From Acidimicrobiia bacterium (GTDB lineage: Bacteria > Actinomycetota > Acidimicrobiia > Spongiisociales > ZC4RG35): a DNA stretch of 64,000 bases. Positions 8,862 to 20,814 of this stretch are shown here, piece by piece. The position numbers and the translations under genes are program-made. The notes beneath the pieces were generated by a model. That model had not been told where the DNA came from, did no database searches, and was given only the letters and a program-made list of their open reading frames with translations. How positions within the stretch are numbered: the first letter of the stretch is position 1; each line of letters starts with the position of its first letter. The stretch spans positions 21,130 through 85,129 of the forward strand of contig JBBDML010000022.1 in assembly GCA_040878345.1 (NCBI GenBank). The letters are read 5' to 3'.

Positions 8862-10040
8862 TCAGGAGAGACGCTCAACGATCATCGCCATGCCCTGGCC
8901 ACCCCCGACGCACATCGTCTCCAGGCCGTAGGTGCCGTCGAGGGCCCGGAGACCATTGAGCAGGGTGCCCATGATCCGGGCGCCGGTCATCCCGAAAGGA
9001 TGGCCGAGGGCGATTGCCCCGCCATGGGGGTTCAGACGGTCGATGTCGATCCCGATCTGGTCGACACAGGCCAGCACCTGGGCGGCGAAGGCCTCGTTGA
9101 GCTCGATGATGTCGATGTCGCCCAGGCTCATCCCAGCCTGGTCGAGCACCTTTCGGACGGCGTGAACCGGTCCCATCCCCATGAACTCCGGCGCCAGGCC
9201 GGCGACCGAGGAAGCGATGATCCTGGCCATCGGAGTCAACCCGAGTTGATCGGCTCGGGTGGCCGACATCACCAGCACCGCAGCCGCGCCATCGTTCAGG
9301 GGGCAGGCGTTTCCGGCGGTGACCGTCCCATCCGGCTTGAAGATCGTGGGGAGCTCGGACAGCCTCTCCAGCGTGGTGTTGGGTCGCGGCCCGTCGTCGT
9401 CGCTGATGGTCCGCCCGTCGGCCACCACCACCGGCGTGATCTCGTTGGCGAAGAAACCGTTCTTCTGGGACTCGACCGCAAGATCCTGAGACCTCTTGGC
9501 GAACTCGTCCTGACGCTCCCGGGTGATCCCGAAACGCTCGGCGACGTTTTCGGCGGTGTTGCCCATCGGGATGTAGACCTGGTTGATGAAGTCGTCGCGG
9601 TCCGGATCGGTGAACCGGGGGTTGAGGTCCTCGCTGGCGAAGCCCTTGCCGTAGGTCCGGGTGGTCGACTCGACACCGGCGGCGAGGTAGACGTCGCCCT
9701 CACCATCTCTGATGGCATGGAAGGCCATCCGGATCGTCTGCAACGAGGAGGCGCAGAACCGATTGACGGTGGTGGCTGGCACGGTCTCGGGCATACCTCC
9801 CAGCAACGACGCCGGCCGTGCCACGTTGTACCCCTGCTCGTTATGGGTCAGGGCACAGCCAACCATCACGTCCTCGACACTGGCTCGGTCGACCTCGGGG
9901 ACACGGGACATCACCGCATCGATCGCCAGACCGGCGAGATCGTCAGCCCTGACGTCGATCAGCGAGCCCTTGTAGGCACGCCCGATCGGGGTCCTGGCCG
10001 TAGCCACGATCACCGCCTGAGGCGCCTCATGCCCTGTCAT
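8862..10040 (-). CDS. Acetyl-CoA C-acetyltransferase (thiolase II)
   Basis: 392 aa. Active-site context VNRFCASSLQ, NEAFAAQ, GGAIALGHPFGMTGAR, CVGGGQGMAM. Confidence 0.9.
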   Translation of the reverse strand: MTGHEAPQAVIVATARTPIGRAYKGSLIDVRADDLAGLAIDAVMSRVPEVDRASVEDVMVGCALTHNEQGYNVARPASLLGGMPETVPATTVNRFCASSLQTIRMAFHAIRDGEGDVYLAAGVESTTRTYGKGFASEDLNPRFTDPDRDDFINQVYIPMGNTAENVAERFGITRERQDEFAKRSQDLAVESQKNGFFANEITPVVVADGRTISDDDGPRPNTTLERLSELPTIFKPDGTVTAGNACPLNDGAAAVLVMSATRADQLGLTPMARIIASSVAGLAPEFMGMGPVHAVRKVLDQAGMSLGDIDIIELNEAFAAQVLACVDQIGIDIDRLNPHGGAIALGHPFGMTGARIMGTLLNGLRALDGTYGLETMCVGGGQGMAMIVERLS

Positions 10041-10076
10041 CGAGTCATCCCCTGTTCGCCGTGTCGCTCAAACCTA

Positions 10077-10952
10077 ATGGCTGGCCTTAGCCTTACCGAC
10101 ATGCGACCCGGGGCAGAGACGTTGGTGATCGCCGTGCTCCTCCTCGCCGCCTGCACCGGCCCGCTGACCCCCGGCCCCACCAGCTCGACTTCGACCACCA
10201 TGAGTCTCCCCGGCACCACGGGAGCTCCAACCCCGCTTTGCGATCGGGCCATAGAGTTCACCGAGGGAGGGCGTGTCGCCTCCCTGGATAGCCCCGGGTC
10301 GGATACCCAGACCGTCGGGTTGATCTCGTGGGAGGCACCGTCCGAATGCGAGACCTTCACCATCGCCTTCGTGAGCTCGGAGGGAGCGCCTGCCACCACA
10401 CCGCCCAGCGTCACAGTCGACTTCCTCGACCCGGCCCCGATCCTTCGGATCGCGCTCGACGCCACCGGCTCGGTGATCGCCGACCAGGTGGTGGACACCG
10501 GGCTGGTGGACAGGCTGTTCGTGGTCGATTCGGTCGACGGCGGCGTGTTCATCGATCTCCACCTCAAAGGCCCGGCGCAGGCCAGGGTGAGCACCGGTGA
10601 ATCACCTGCGACGCTCCAACTCGAGCTCCAACCCGGCCTCGTCGATCGTCCCAATGTGGCGGTGATCATCGAAGACCTGGTGGTGATCAGCCCTATGGAA
10701 GGGTCAGAGGTTGATTCGCCGGTTGAGATCTTCGGCTACGCCCGGAAGGCGCCGGGAGGGCTGGTGGTCATCGCTACGTCGGGGGACCTGGTTTTGGGCG
10801 AGCATCATCTCGAGCCCGCCGGGGAGGTGGGCTCTTGGGGCGAGTTCCGGACTTCACTGGCGCTGGACCCGGGGTCGGTGACCGTCTTCGCCGGGGAGGA
10901 TCTGGGGCCGGGGGGCCTGGAGGGGGTCACGATCCAGATGACGGTGGGATGA
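10077..10952 (+). CDS. Putative secreted lipoprotein (C-terminal Ig-like/Gmad2-like region)
   Basis: Only the 3' third of track ORF 8802..10952 is credible. ATG 10077 is followed by the signal/lipobox LVIAVLLLAAC and a Ser/Thr/Pro linker. The upstream part of that ORF is antisense to the thiolase. Confidence 0.6.
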   Translation: MAGLSLTDMRPGAETLVIAVLLLAACTGPLTPGPTSSTSTTMSLPGTTGAPTPLCDRAIEFTEGGRVASLDSPGSDTQTVGLISWEAPSECETFTIAFVSSEGAPATTPPSVTVDFLDPAPILRIALDATGSVIADQVVDTGLVDRLFVVDSVDGGVFIDLHLKGPAQARVSTGESPATLQLELQPGLVDRPNVAVIIEDLVVISPMEGSEVDSPVEIFGYARKAPGGLVVIATSGDLVLGEHHLEPAGEVGSWGEFRTSLALDPGSVTVFAGEDLGPGGLEGVTIQMTVG

Positions 10953-11460
10953 GACCCTCGATCTCGACGATCTCAACATAGCCGGCTTCCTGGTCGACCC
11001 GGGGCACCAGCTCGACCACGAGTGGGACCTCGAACACCGCGCCGGCCCGCTCGATGACCAGGCGATCCTGGGCCGGGCCGCTCTCCACCCCGATCACCAC
11101 CCCACCCCCCGGCCTGACCTCGAGCCCGATCAGGTCCTTCAGCCAGTATTCGCCCTCGGTGAGCCGACGGCGGTCCTTGGCAAAGACCTCTTGATTCCTG
11201 ATCGCCTCGGCGGAATCGCGGTCGGGGAGCTCGACGAAGGCGACCTGATGACCTCGGGGCCCGCGACGAACCTCTCGCACCGTGAGCGGCCGGCCATCGA
11301 CTTCGACCGCGGCCCCGACCTCGAAGTTGGCCAGGTCTGCCGGGTCGACGTAGAGCCCCAAAAAGCCATCGAGGCCATGTGGGCGACCCAGGCGGGCGAC
11401 CCGGGTCAGGGCGGGATCAGTCGAGGAACTCAACCCCGGCTGTGATTCCCTCTTCCTCAC
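10927..11460 (-). CDS. rimM: 16S rRNA processing protein RimM
   Basis: VARLGRPHGLDGFLGL...YWLKDLIGLEV..G.V..V......D.LV is the RimM/PRC-barrel pattern. Start uncertain: GTG 11460 overlaps the KH gene by 44 nt; TTG 11433 is an alternative. Confidence 0.8.
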   Translation of the reverse strand: MRKRESQPGLSSSTDPALTRVARLGRPHGLDGFLGLYVDPADLANFEVGAAVEVDGRPLTVREVRRGPRGHQVAFVELPDRDSAEAIRNQEVFAKDRRRLTEGEYWLKDLIGLEVRPGGGVVIGVESGPAQDRLVIERAGAVFEVPLVVELVPRVDQEAGYVEIVEIEGLIPPSSGS

Positions 11461-11668
11461 CGGCGGCGGCGGCGGCGGCCCGGATCGCCTTGGCTACCCG
11501 GCCCCGGCGCCCGATCACCCGGCCCATGTCGCCTTTGGCGGTACGGACCTCGGCCACCACTTCGTTGGGGCCTTGCTCTATGAGATTGACCTCTACCGCA
11601 TCAGGGTCGTCGACGATGCTCCGCACCACGTAGGTGACGACCCGCTCCACGATATCCCCGGTCGCCAT
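11417..11668 (-). CDS. KH-domain RNA-binding protein (YlqC/Rv2908c-like)
   Basis: 83 aa from ATG 11668. VVRSIVDDPDAVEV...AKGDMGRVIGRRGRVAKAIR contains the GxxG KH motif. The start shares 1 nt with the rpsP stop (TGATG). Confidence 0.8.
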   Translation of the reverse strand: MATGDIVERVVTYVVRSIVDDPDAVEVNLIEQGPNEVVAEVRTAKGDMGRVIGRRGRVAKAIRAAAAAAGEEEGITAGVEFLD

Positions 11669-12012
11669 CACTCTTCCTCCGTGGCTGCGGCCATTGGCAC
11701 CTCGTCGACCCTGGGGCCTGTTTGCTCCAACCCCACCACGTGGACCTGGCCGGACCGCACCTTCATGGTGTTCATCGCCCCCGAGATGTTGAGCAGCTTC
11801 TCTACGGTGTCGCTGGGCTGGGCGCCTCTGGCCAGCCACTCAGCCGCCTTCTCGTTGTCGATCTCGACGATCGAGGGGTCGTGGAGCGGCTCATATCGCC
11901 CTATCTGCTCGATGTAGCGGCCATCACGTTGAGAGCGCCCGTCGACCACCACGACCCGGTACATGGGCTGCTTCTTCTTGCCCATCCGCATCAATCTCAT
12001 CCTCACAGCCAT
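11668..12012 (-). CDS. rpsP: 30S ribosomal protein S16
   Basis: [42 protein letters not shown]. The ATG at 12012 was chosen over the longer track ORF. Confidence 0.9.
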   Translation of the reverse strand: MAVRMRLMRMGKKKQPMYRVVVVDGRSQRDGRYIEQIGRYEPLHDPSIVEIDNEKAAEWLARGAQPSDTVEKLLNISGAMNTMKVRSGQVHVVGLEQTGPRVDEVPMAAATEEE

Positions 12013-12016
12013 CGAT

Positions 12017-13366
12017 TCACCTCTTGCCGGTCTTCTTCCTGGCGGGCCGGCCACCCATCAGGGCCTCCAGGTTCGGAATGCCCCTGGTCCCCGCCAGTGT
12101 CTTCATCAACTTCTGTGCCTCGGTGTGCTGCTTCAACAGCCGGTTCACGTCCTGGGGCATGGTGCCCGACCCGGACGCGATGCGCCGCTTTCGGCCACCA
12201 CCGATGATCTTGGGATTCCGGCGCTCATCGGGTGTCATCGACTGGATGATTGCCTCGACCCGTTTGAGGTCGCGATCATCGATGTCGACCTCGCGCAAGA
12301 GCGACCCGGAGCCGGGAAGCATAGCAAGGATGTCCCTGAGAGACCCCATCGACCGGAGGGCCTGGAACTGGGCGAGGAAGTCGTCGAGCGTGAACTCCCC
12401 CTTCTGGATCTTGCGCGCCGCCTTGTCTGCCTCGGCCTGGTCATAGACGCTCTCTGCCCGCTCGATGAGGCTGAGCACGTCGCCCATCCCCAGGATCCGG
12501 GAGGCCATCCGCTCGGGATGGAACGGCTCCAGGTCGCCAGGCCCCTCCCCCACACCGGCGAACTTGACCGGCGCTCCTGTCACCTCACGCACCGAGATGG
12601 CGGCCCCTCCTCGGGCGTCACCGTCGAGCTTGGAGAGGACCACCCCGGTGAGACCGACCCGCTCCTGGAACCCGGCGGCGACGTTGACCGCGTCCTGACC
12701 GGTCATGGCGTCGACCACCAACAGCACCTCATCGGGATCGATTGCTCTGCGGATGACAGCAAGCTCGGACATGAGCTCGTCGTTGATCTGATGACGACCG
12801 GCGGTGTCGACGATGATCACATCACGGCCGGTGCGGGCCGCCTCTTTGCGGGCACCCTTGACCAATCGGACCGGTTTGCCTCCACGGTCGGAGATGACAG
12901 GGACCCCGACCCCCCGGCCCAAAGTCTCCAGCTGATCGATAGCCGCAGGCCGCTGCATGTCGGCCGCAACCAGCAAAGGCTTCTTGCCGGAGTCGAGGAG
13001 GTGACGGGCCAGCTTGGCGGCGGTGGTGGTCTTCCCCGTGCCCTGGAGACCCGTCATCAGGATGACCAGAGGAGGGGCGGTCGTGGCCAGAGCGGCGGTC
13101 TCCCCGCCCAAGGTGACGATCAGCTCGTCGTGGACGATCTTGATCACCTGTTGGCCCGGAGTGATCGACTTCGACACGTCCTCACCAAGGGCACGGTCCC
13201 TTACCCTGTTGAGAAAGCTTCTGACCACTGCCACGTTGACGTCGGCCTCGAGAAGGGCGAGGCGGACTTCCCGCAAGGCCTGTTCGATGTCCGTCTCCGA
13301 CAGCTTGCCCTTGCTCCGCAAACCGGCGAACACCGCCTCGAACCTCTGGGTCAACGAGTCGAACAC
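12017..13366 (-). CDS. ffh: Signal recognition particle protein Ffh
   Basis: [32 protein letters not shown], and an M-domain with a Met-rich segment. Start set at GTG 13366 (MFDSLTQRF.., the typical Ffh N-terminus) rather than TTG 13387. Confidence 0.95.
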   Translation of the reverse strand: MFDSLTQRFEAVFAGLRSKGKLSETDIEQALREVRLALLEADVNVAVVRSFLNRVRDRALGEDVSKSITPGQQVIKIVHDELIVTLGGETAALATTAPPLVILMTGLQGTGKTTTAAKLARHLLDSGKKPLLVAADMQRPAAIDQLETLGRGVGVPVISDRGGKPVRLVKGARKEAARTGRDVIIVDTAGRHQINDELMSELAVIRRAIDPDEVLLVVDAMTGQDAVNVAAGFQERVGLTGVVLSKLDGDARGGAAISVREVTGAPVKFAGVGEGPGDLEPFHPERMASRILGMGDVLSLIERAESVYDQAEADKAARKIQKGEFTLDDFLAQFQALRSMGSLRDILAMLPGSGSLLREVDIDDRDLKRVEAIIQSMTPDERRNPKIIGGGRKRRIASGSGTMPQDVNRLLKQHTEAQKLMKTLAGTRGIPNLEALMGGRPARKKTGKR

Positions 13367-13386
13367 TGTGGCGTAGGTTATGGCCA

Positions 13387-13743
13387 ATGGCTCTGCAACT
13401 CGACACCGTCTTCGTCTGGGTGAGCGACATCGAGCGGTCGCTGCCGTGGTATGCCGAGGTGGGCATCGACCCGGGGCCGCGGTATGGTCAATGGCAGAGC
13501 ATGGAGACGGCCGGGGAGACCCACTTCGCCCTGCATGAGGGTCCGAGACCGCGGGGCAGGCCGACGTCTGTCCCGTCCTTCCGGGTCGCCGACCTCGACG
13601 CCCAGATCGATCGTCTGGCCTCGCGGGGGATCCGTCCCTCGGACGGCGAGATCACCGACACCGGTGCCGCCCGATTCATCACCTTCACCGATCCCGACGG
13701 GAACGAGATCCAGCTGCTTCAGAGAGGTGACAGAGACGAATGA
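13387..13743 (+). CDS. VOC/glyoxalase-bleomycin resistance family protein
   Basis: 118 aa. LDTVFVWVSDIERSLPWY ... FTDPDGNEIQLLQ is the typical VOC fold pattern. Confidence 0.8.
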   Translation: MALQLDTVFVWVSDIERSLPWYAEVGIDPGPRYGQWQSMETAGETHFALHEGPRPRGRPTSVPSFRVADLDAQIDRLASRGIRPSDGEITDTGAARFITFTDPDGNEIQLLQRGDRDE

Positions 13744-13765
13744 AGCCCCTCCGAGGGGCTTCATT
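13739..13765. terminator. Bidirectional stem-loop between convergent genes
   Basis: Perfect 12-bp stem aatgaagcccct / aggggcttcatt with loop ccg, overlapping the VOC stop codon and 20 nt from the stop of the convergent gene. No long U tract. Confidence 0.55.
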
Positions 13766-13784
13766 CGCATGTCGTTGGCAGAGG

Positions 13785-14357
13785 TCAGCCGGCGAAGGCC
13801 GCCTCGAACGAGCCGCGTAGCTCGGGGGTGCTCACTCCCGAGAACCCGCAGTAGTTGACCGTCCCGTCGTAGGCGGTGATCAGATAGGTCTCACCGACTT
13901 CGAACGGGATCCCGCCGATGAGGGTCTCCATCCCGGCCGGGGCGTTGATCACGACCTGGGAAGCGTCTCCACCCTTGAACCAATGGTCGACGTCGAGGCC
14001 GATCGTCTCCCCGTCGGCCGATGTCACAGTGCCCTCGAAGGCAACCGGCGCCTTGGCCAGCTCCTCCTCGGAGAACTGGATGCAGCTCATCATCGGGTTG
14101 TCCACCCCGGCACTCAGGGCCAGGGGCTCTCCGCCGCCACCGCCGAGAGTCAGGGCGCCGATCACACCGGCCACCACCACGACCACGGCCGCCGCCGGGA
14201 GCCATCGGGCCCTCCGGGGAGCGGTGCTCTCTTCGACATGGGTACTCATGATGTCCTCCAATAGTTTGCGTGACGACGGCGTCGCCACCGACTCTGTGGA
14301 CACGCCCTGGCGCATGGGATCGAGTCGGGCCAGCCGATCTCTCATCTCATCAGTCAT
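13785..14357 (-). CDS. Putative anti-sigma factor (single-pass membrane protein)
   Basis: Start taken at ATG 14357 (MTDEMRDRLARLDP), overlapping the sigma gene stop by 8 nt. One TM helix (WLPAAAVVVVVAGVIGALTL) and an extracytoplasmic domain. Assignment rests on position downstream of the ECF sigma. Confidence 0.5.
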   Translation of the reverse strand: MTDEMRDRLARLDPMRQGVSTESVATPSSRKLLEDIMSTHVEESTAPRRARWLPAAAVVVVVAGVIGALTLGGGGGEPLALSAGVDNPMMSCIQFSEEELAKAPVAFEGTVTSADGETIGLDVDHWFKGGDASQVVINAPAGMETLIGGIPFEVGETYLITAYDGTVNYCGFSGVSTPELRGSFEAAFAG

Positions 14358-14934
14358 CCTGGTGCTCCTCGGTGTGTCTGACCGACTCCTGTCCGGAAAC
14401 GGCGCGATCCTGTCCGACATCTCTGGGAGCCAGGGCCGCGGCGAGCTTCTTGCGAGCCCGGCTCAACCTGATGGTGGCGGCGTTGACGGTGAGACCGAGC
14501 ACCGGGGCGAGCTCGCGTGGCTCCAGACCCTCCCACGCCCAGAGACGGAGGATCTCCTGATCGGCTGCCCGCAGCCGATCCAAGGCCTCGATCAGGTCCG
14601 GGTCGCCGTCATCGACGCCCACCTCCACCGGCGGCGGGGCCGGCTCAGCCTCCAGCCTGGTCACCAGCTGCAGATGGCGGCGGCGCCCACGACGGTGGTT
14701 GGCCATGGTCCTCCTCGCCACCCCGTAGCACCAGGGAAGCGGGTCATCGGTGGGAACCTCGTCGAGACGGCGCCAGATGACGAGAAGGGTGTCGGAGAGA
14801 ACATCGGCGGCGTCCTCCGGGCCAAGGCGACGACGCAGGTATCGCTGCAGAGGGTCGAAGACCATCTCGGCCAGGGCCTCGAATCTCCGGCGCCGATCTG
14901 AGCCGGCCGGGCGCAGACGCTGCGCGCTTCTCAC
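14350..14934 (-). CDS. ECF-type RNA polymerase sigma-70 factor
   Basis: Region 2 (DVLSDTLLVIWRRL, PWCYGVARRTMANHRR) and region 4 HTH (ILRLWAWEGLEPRELAPVLGLTVNAATIRLSRARKKL). Confidence 0.85.
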   Translation of the reverse strand: MRSAQRLRPAGSDRRRRFEALAEMVFDPLQRYLRRRLGPEDAADVLSDTLLVIWRRLDEVPTDDPLPWCYGVARRTMANHRRGRRRHLQLVTRLEAEPAPPPVEVGVDDGDPDLIEALDRLRAADQEILRLWAWEGLEPRELAPVLGLTVNAATIRLSRARKKLAAALAPRDVGQDRAVSGQESVRHTEEHQDD

Positions 14935-15021
14935 TGGACGATGATTGTGTCCGGCATCTGGCGAAGTCTGTCATGGCTCCGGAGATCGGCGCAGCAGTTG
15001 GCGAGCCCGTAACCTGTCCCA

Positions 15022-15900
15022 GTGACCCCATCGAGCATCGAAGAGCTCGCCGCCGGGCTCGAGCGCCACGACTACTTCGCCGGGGAAGACCTCACCGTCG
15101 CCATCCACCTCGCCCTCCAGCTGGGGCGACCGTTGTTCCTCGAAGGCGAGGCCGGGGTGGGCAAGACCGAGGTCGCCAAGGTCCTGGCTGCCATGACCGG
15201 AGAGGAGCTGATCCGGCTCCAGTGCTATGAGGGGCTCGACATCGGCCAGGCCCTCTACGAGTGGGACTACGCCCGTCAGATGTTGGAGATAAGGCTCATC
15301 GAGGCAAGGGGAGAAGGGGACACCGCCGACGCCCGGGACATCATGAGCCGGGACTTCCTCATCGCCCGCCCCCTCCTCCGGGCGATCGAAGCCAGCACCT
15401 CGGGGCGGAGGGCTGTCCTGCTCGTCGACGAGCTCGACCGGGCGGACGAGGAGTTCGAGGCCTTCCTCCTCGAGATTCTCTCCGACTTCCAGGTCAGCAT
15501 CCCCGAGATAGGGACGGTGAAGGCGGAGGCCCCCCCGATCGTCGTGGTGACCTCCAACCGGACCCGGGAGATCCACGACGCCCTGAAGCGCAGATGCATC
15601 TACCACTGGATCGACTACCCGACACCCGACCTCGAGGCGGCGATCGTGAGGCGGAAGGTGCCGGGGATAGAGGAGACCCTGGCAGCCGCCCTGGCCCGGG
15701 CCATGGAGCGGCTTCGCTCGATGGACCTGTTCAAGCCGCCGGGAGTTGCCGAAACGCTCGACTGGGCCGAGTCGCTCGAGCTCCTCCACGACGGCCAGCT
15801 GAGCCCCTCCCTGATCGACAAGACCCTGGGCGTGATCCTCAAGTACAAGGACGACATCGAAGCAGTGCGTCAGGCCGGGGTCGAGCGCCTGGTGGGATGA
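15022..15900 (+). CDS. coxD: MoxR-type AAA+ ATPase, CoxD-like CODH maturation factor
   Basis: Walker A GEAGVGKTEVAK, Walker B LLVDELDRADEEFE, TSNRTREIHDALKRRC. Adjacent to a VWA protein and coxMSL. Confidence 0.85.
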   Translation: MTPSSIEELAAGLERHDYFAGEDLTVAIHLALQLGRPLFLEGEAGVGKTEVAKVLAAMTGEELIRLQCYEGLDIGQALYEWDYARQMLEIRLIEARGEGDTADARDIMSRDFLIARPLLRAIEASTSGRRAVLLVDELDRADEEFEAFLLEILSDFQVSIPEIGTVKAEAPPIVVVTSNRTREIHDALKRRCIYHWIDYPTPDLEAAIVRRKVPGIEETLAAALARAMERLRSMDLFKPPGVAETLDWAESLELLHDGQLSPSLIDKTLGVILKYKDDIEAVRQAGVERLVG

Positions 15901-17024
15901 GCCCCACATTCTTGATCGAGGACCCGGTCCGGGACATCGCCTCGTTTGCCGGGGCGCTCCGGCTTCGGGGGATGACGGTCACCCCGGACCAGATGTCCGC
16001 CATGGCGATCTCGCTCACCATGATCGACCCCACCCGTCGCCAGCAAGTCCATTCAGCCCTCCGCAGCCTGGCCATCACCGACCCGGCGCACCGTGAGCCC
16101 TACGACGAGGAGTTCCGCCGGTTCTTCGAGGGCCTCCGGCTGCCCCGCCCCTCCCCCGAGCAGCACTCTCGTCTCGCCGATTCGAGAGCGGCCAAGCCGA
16201 TCGTCCAATCGGACCCCAAGACCGCCTTTGGTGACACCAGCAGCCAGAGCGGGGCCTCGGCAGTCGAGAACCTGGCAACTCGCGACTTCGCCGACCTGGA
16301 GGACGACCAGCTGATCGAGGCCAAGCGGTTGGTGATGAGGATGTTCTGGGAACCATCAGACTTCCGTACCCGCCGCTGGGTTCCCGACTCGACCGGCCGA
16401 CGCCCCGATCTTCGCCGCACCCTCCGTCGGGGCGTCGGCCCTGAAGGCGACCTGATGCGGATCGAGATGCGTCGGCGGCGCCTCCGTAAACGCCCCCTCA
16501 TCGTGATCGCCGACATCTCGGGGTCGATGGAGAAGTACGCCGAGCTCTTCCTGGTCTTTGCCCATGCCGCCCAGCAGCGGTTGGAGTCGGTGGAGGTGTT
16601 CACCTTCTCCACCCGGCTCACCCGGATCACCGACGACCTCAAGAAGCGCGACACCAAGGCGGCGTTGGCCGCGGTCACCCGGACCGTGCCCGATTGGTCG
16701 GGCGGGACCATGATCGGGGAGGCCTTCGGCGAATGGAACAAGCGATGGAGCCGGAGACTGGCACGCGGGGGCCCGGTGGCCATGGTTCTCTCCGACGGAT
16801 GGGACTGTGGCAACCCGATTCTCCTCGCCGAGGAGACCGCCCGACTCGCCCGTTCGGTGCATCGATTGATCTGGCTCAACCCGCTGGCGGCGAGGCCCGA
16901 CTACCAGCCGGCCACCCGAGGAATGAGGGCCGTCCTGCCCCACGTCGACCACCTCCTTCCAGCGGCCACGGTCGACGACCTCCGTGGGCTGGTGCGACTG
17001 CTCGACACCATCTCCGTCTTCTAG
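15897..17024 (+). CDS. coxE: VWA-domain protein, CoxE-like
   Basis: ATG 15897 overlaps the coxD stop (ATGA). MIDAS-like LIVIADISGSM and the C-terminal VWA fold (VLSDGWDCG). The upstream part of track ORF 15261.. lies in another gene's reading frame. Confidence 0.8.
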   Translation: MSPTFLIEDPVRDIASFAGALRLRGMTVTPDQMSAMAISLTMIDPTRRQQVHSALRSLAITDPAHREPYDEEFRRFFEGLRLPRPSPEQHSRLADSRAAKPIVQSDPKTAFGDTSSQSGASAVENLATRDFADLEDDQLIEAKRLVMRMFWEPSDFRTRRWVPDSTGRRPDLRRTLRRGVGPEGDLMRIEMRRRRLRKRPLIVIADISGSMEKYAELFLVFAHAAQQRLESVEVFTFSTRLTRITDDLKKRDTKAALAAVTRTVPDWSGGTMIGEAFGEWNKRWSRRLARGGPVAMVLSDGWDCGNPILLAEETARLARSVHRLIWLNPLAARPDYQPATRGMRAVLPHVDHLLPAATVDDLRGLVRLLDTISVF

Positions 17025-17092
17025 CGATACCACCGACGCGTGGGGTGGTCCACGAGTAGGTTCCGGCGCACCAAGCGAGACAGGGAGCCCTG

Positions 17093-17968
17093 ATGTATCC
17101 AGCGAGGTTCGACTATGTCGCGCCCGAAACCCTCGAGGAGGCCCTCTCCCTTCTCGCCGAGCGTGGGAGCGAGATGAGGATCCTGGCGGGGGGCCAGAGT
17201 CTGTTGCCGATGATGAAGACGAGGCTCGCCCAGCCCGACACACTGGTCGACATCAACCGGATCCCCGGTCTGGGCGGGATAACCAGGGCCAACGGGCAGA
17301 TACTGGTGGGCGCACTGGCCAGGCACAATGATGTCATACGGTCCGACGCCGCCAAGGGCAACCACACGGTTGCCAGCGCAGCTCCTTGGATAGCCGACCC
17401 CATCGTCCGCAACCTCGGCACCATGGCCGGCTCCCTTGCCCACCACGACCCGGAAGGCGACTGGGCCAGCGTGGCGCTGGCCACAGGGGCCGAGCTCACC
17501 CTCACCTCCAGCACCGGGTCGAGGACGGTCCCCGCCACCGAGTTCCTGGTCGATATGTTCACCACCTCGATCCGTCCGGATGAGATGGTCACCGAGGTCC
17601 GGATCCCGGCCCACAGCAGCAATGGCGGAGGGAACTACCAGAAGCTGGAGCGCAAGGTCGGGGACTACGCCACCGTGGGAGTGGCCACCAGCCTCGAGTT
17701 GGGGGCCGATGGCAAGATCGCAGGTGCCGGCATCGCCCTCACCTCGGTGTACCCGCACAACCTCAAGGCCACCGAGGCCGAGGCGGCAATGGTCGGCCAG
17801 AGCCCGAGCCCCGAGCTGTTCGCCGAGGCGGGGCGCCTCGCGGCGGAGGCCTGCGACCCCGCCGGCGACACCCGTGGCAGCTCCGAATACAAGCGTCACG
17901 TGGTCGACGTCTTCACCCAGAGGGGGCTCGCCGAGTCTCTTGTCATCGCCCAGGGAGGCGGGTCATGA
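17093..17968 (+). CDS. coxM: CO dehydrogenase medium (FAD-binding) subunit
   Basis: 291 aa. ILAGGQSLLPMMK, NLGTMAGSLAHHDPEGD, EYKRHVV are the xanthine dehydrogenase family FAD subunit patterns. Confidence 0.9.
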   Translation: MYPARFDYVAPETLEEALSLLAERGSEMRILAGGQSLLPMMKTRLAQPDTLVDINRIPGLGGITRANGQILVGALARHNDVIRSDAAKGNHTVASAAPWIADPIVRNLGTMAGSLAHHDPEGDWASVALATGAELTLTSSTGSRTVPATEFLVDMFTTSIRPDEMVTEVRIPAHSSNGGGNYQKLERKVGDYATVGVATSLELGADGKIAGAGIALTSVYPHNLKATEAEAAMVGQSPSPELFAEAGRLAAEACDPAGDTRGSSEYKRHVVDVFTQRGLAESLVIAQGGGS

Positions 17969-18437
17969 ACATCACGGTCAATGTCAACGGGACCGCCCAC
18001 CGCGCCGATGTCGAGCCCCGGCTCCTCCTAGTCGACTTCATCCGGGGAAACCTGGGACTCACCGGGACCCACGTCGGGTGCGACACCACCAGCTGTGGGG
18101 TGTGCACCATCCTCGTCGACGGCACCCCCATCAAGTCGTGCACCGTTTTGGCGGTCCAGGCCAACGGGCGATCGATCACCACCGTCGAGGGCCTCAAGCA
18201 GGGTGGCGCCCTCTCCCCGATCCAGGCGGCATTCAAGGAGCACCACGGGCTGCAATGTGGGTTCTGCACCCCGGCCATGATGCTGGTGGGCACGGCCCTG
18301 ATCGCCGAGAACCCCGACCCCAGCGAGGACGAGGTGCGGTGGGCCATCTCGGGGAACCTGTGCCGGTGCACCGGGTACATCAACATCGTCAAGTCGATCA
18401 AGGCGGCCGCAGCCACCACACGTGAGGGAGCAAACGC

Positions 18438-18441
<4 letters not shown>
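17965..18441 (+). CDS. coxS: CO dehydrogenase small ([2Fe-2S]) subunit
   Basis: 158 aa. GCDTTSCGVCT and QCGFCTPAMM ... CRCTGY iron-sulfur motifs. 4-nt overlaps with coxM and coxL. Confidence 0.95.
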
Positions 18442-20804
<2,363 letters not shown>

Positions 20805-20814
20805 GTGCAAGCCC

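Noticed and set aside
8802-10076. The first ~425 codons of the 716-aa plus-strand ORF 8802..10952.
   Set aside because: They are entirely antisense to the well-supported thiolase gene, with Gly/Arg/Asp/His-rich composition. Only the part from ATG 10077 (signal peptide and lipobox) is credible.
13364-13389. Apparent 1-nt overlap of divergent start codons: ffh TTG 13387 and the VOC gene ATG 13387.
   Set aside because: The canonical Ffh N-terminus (MFDSL...) begins at the in-frame GTG 13366. Using it removes the overlap and leaves a 20-bp divergent gap. Still short, but not anomalous enough to report.
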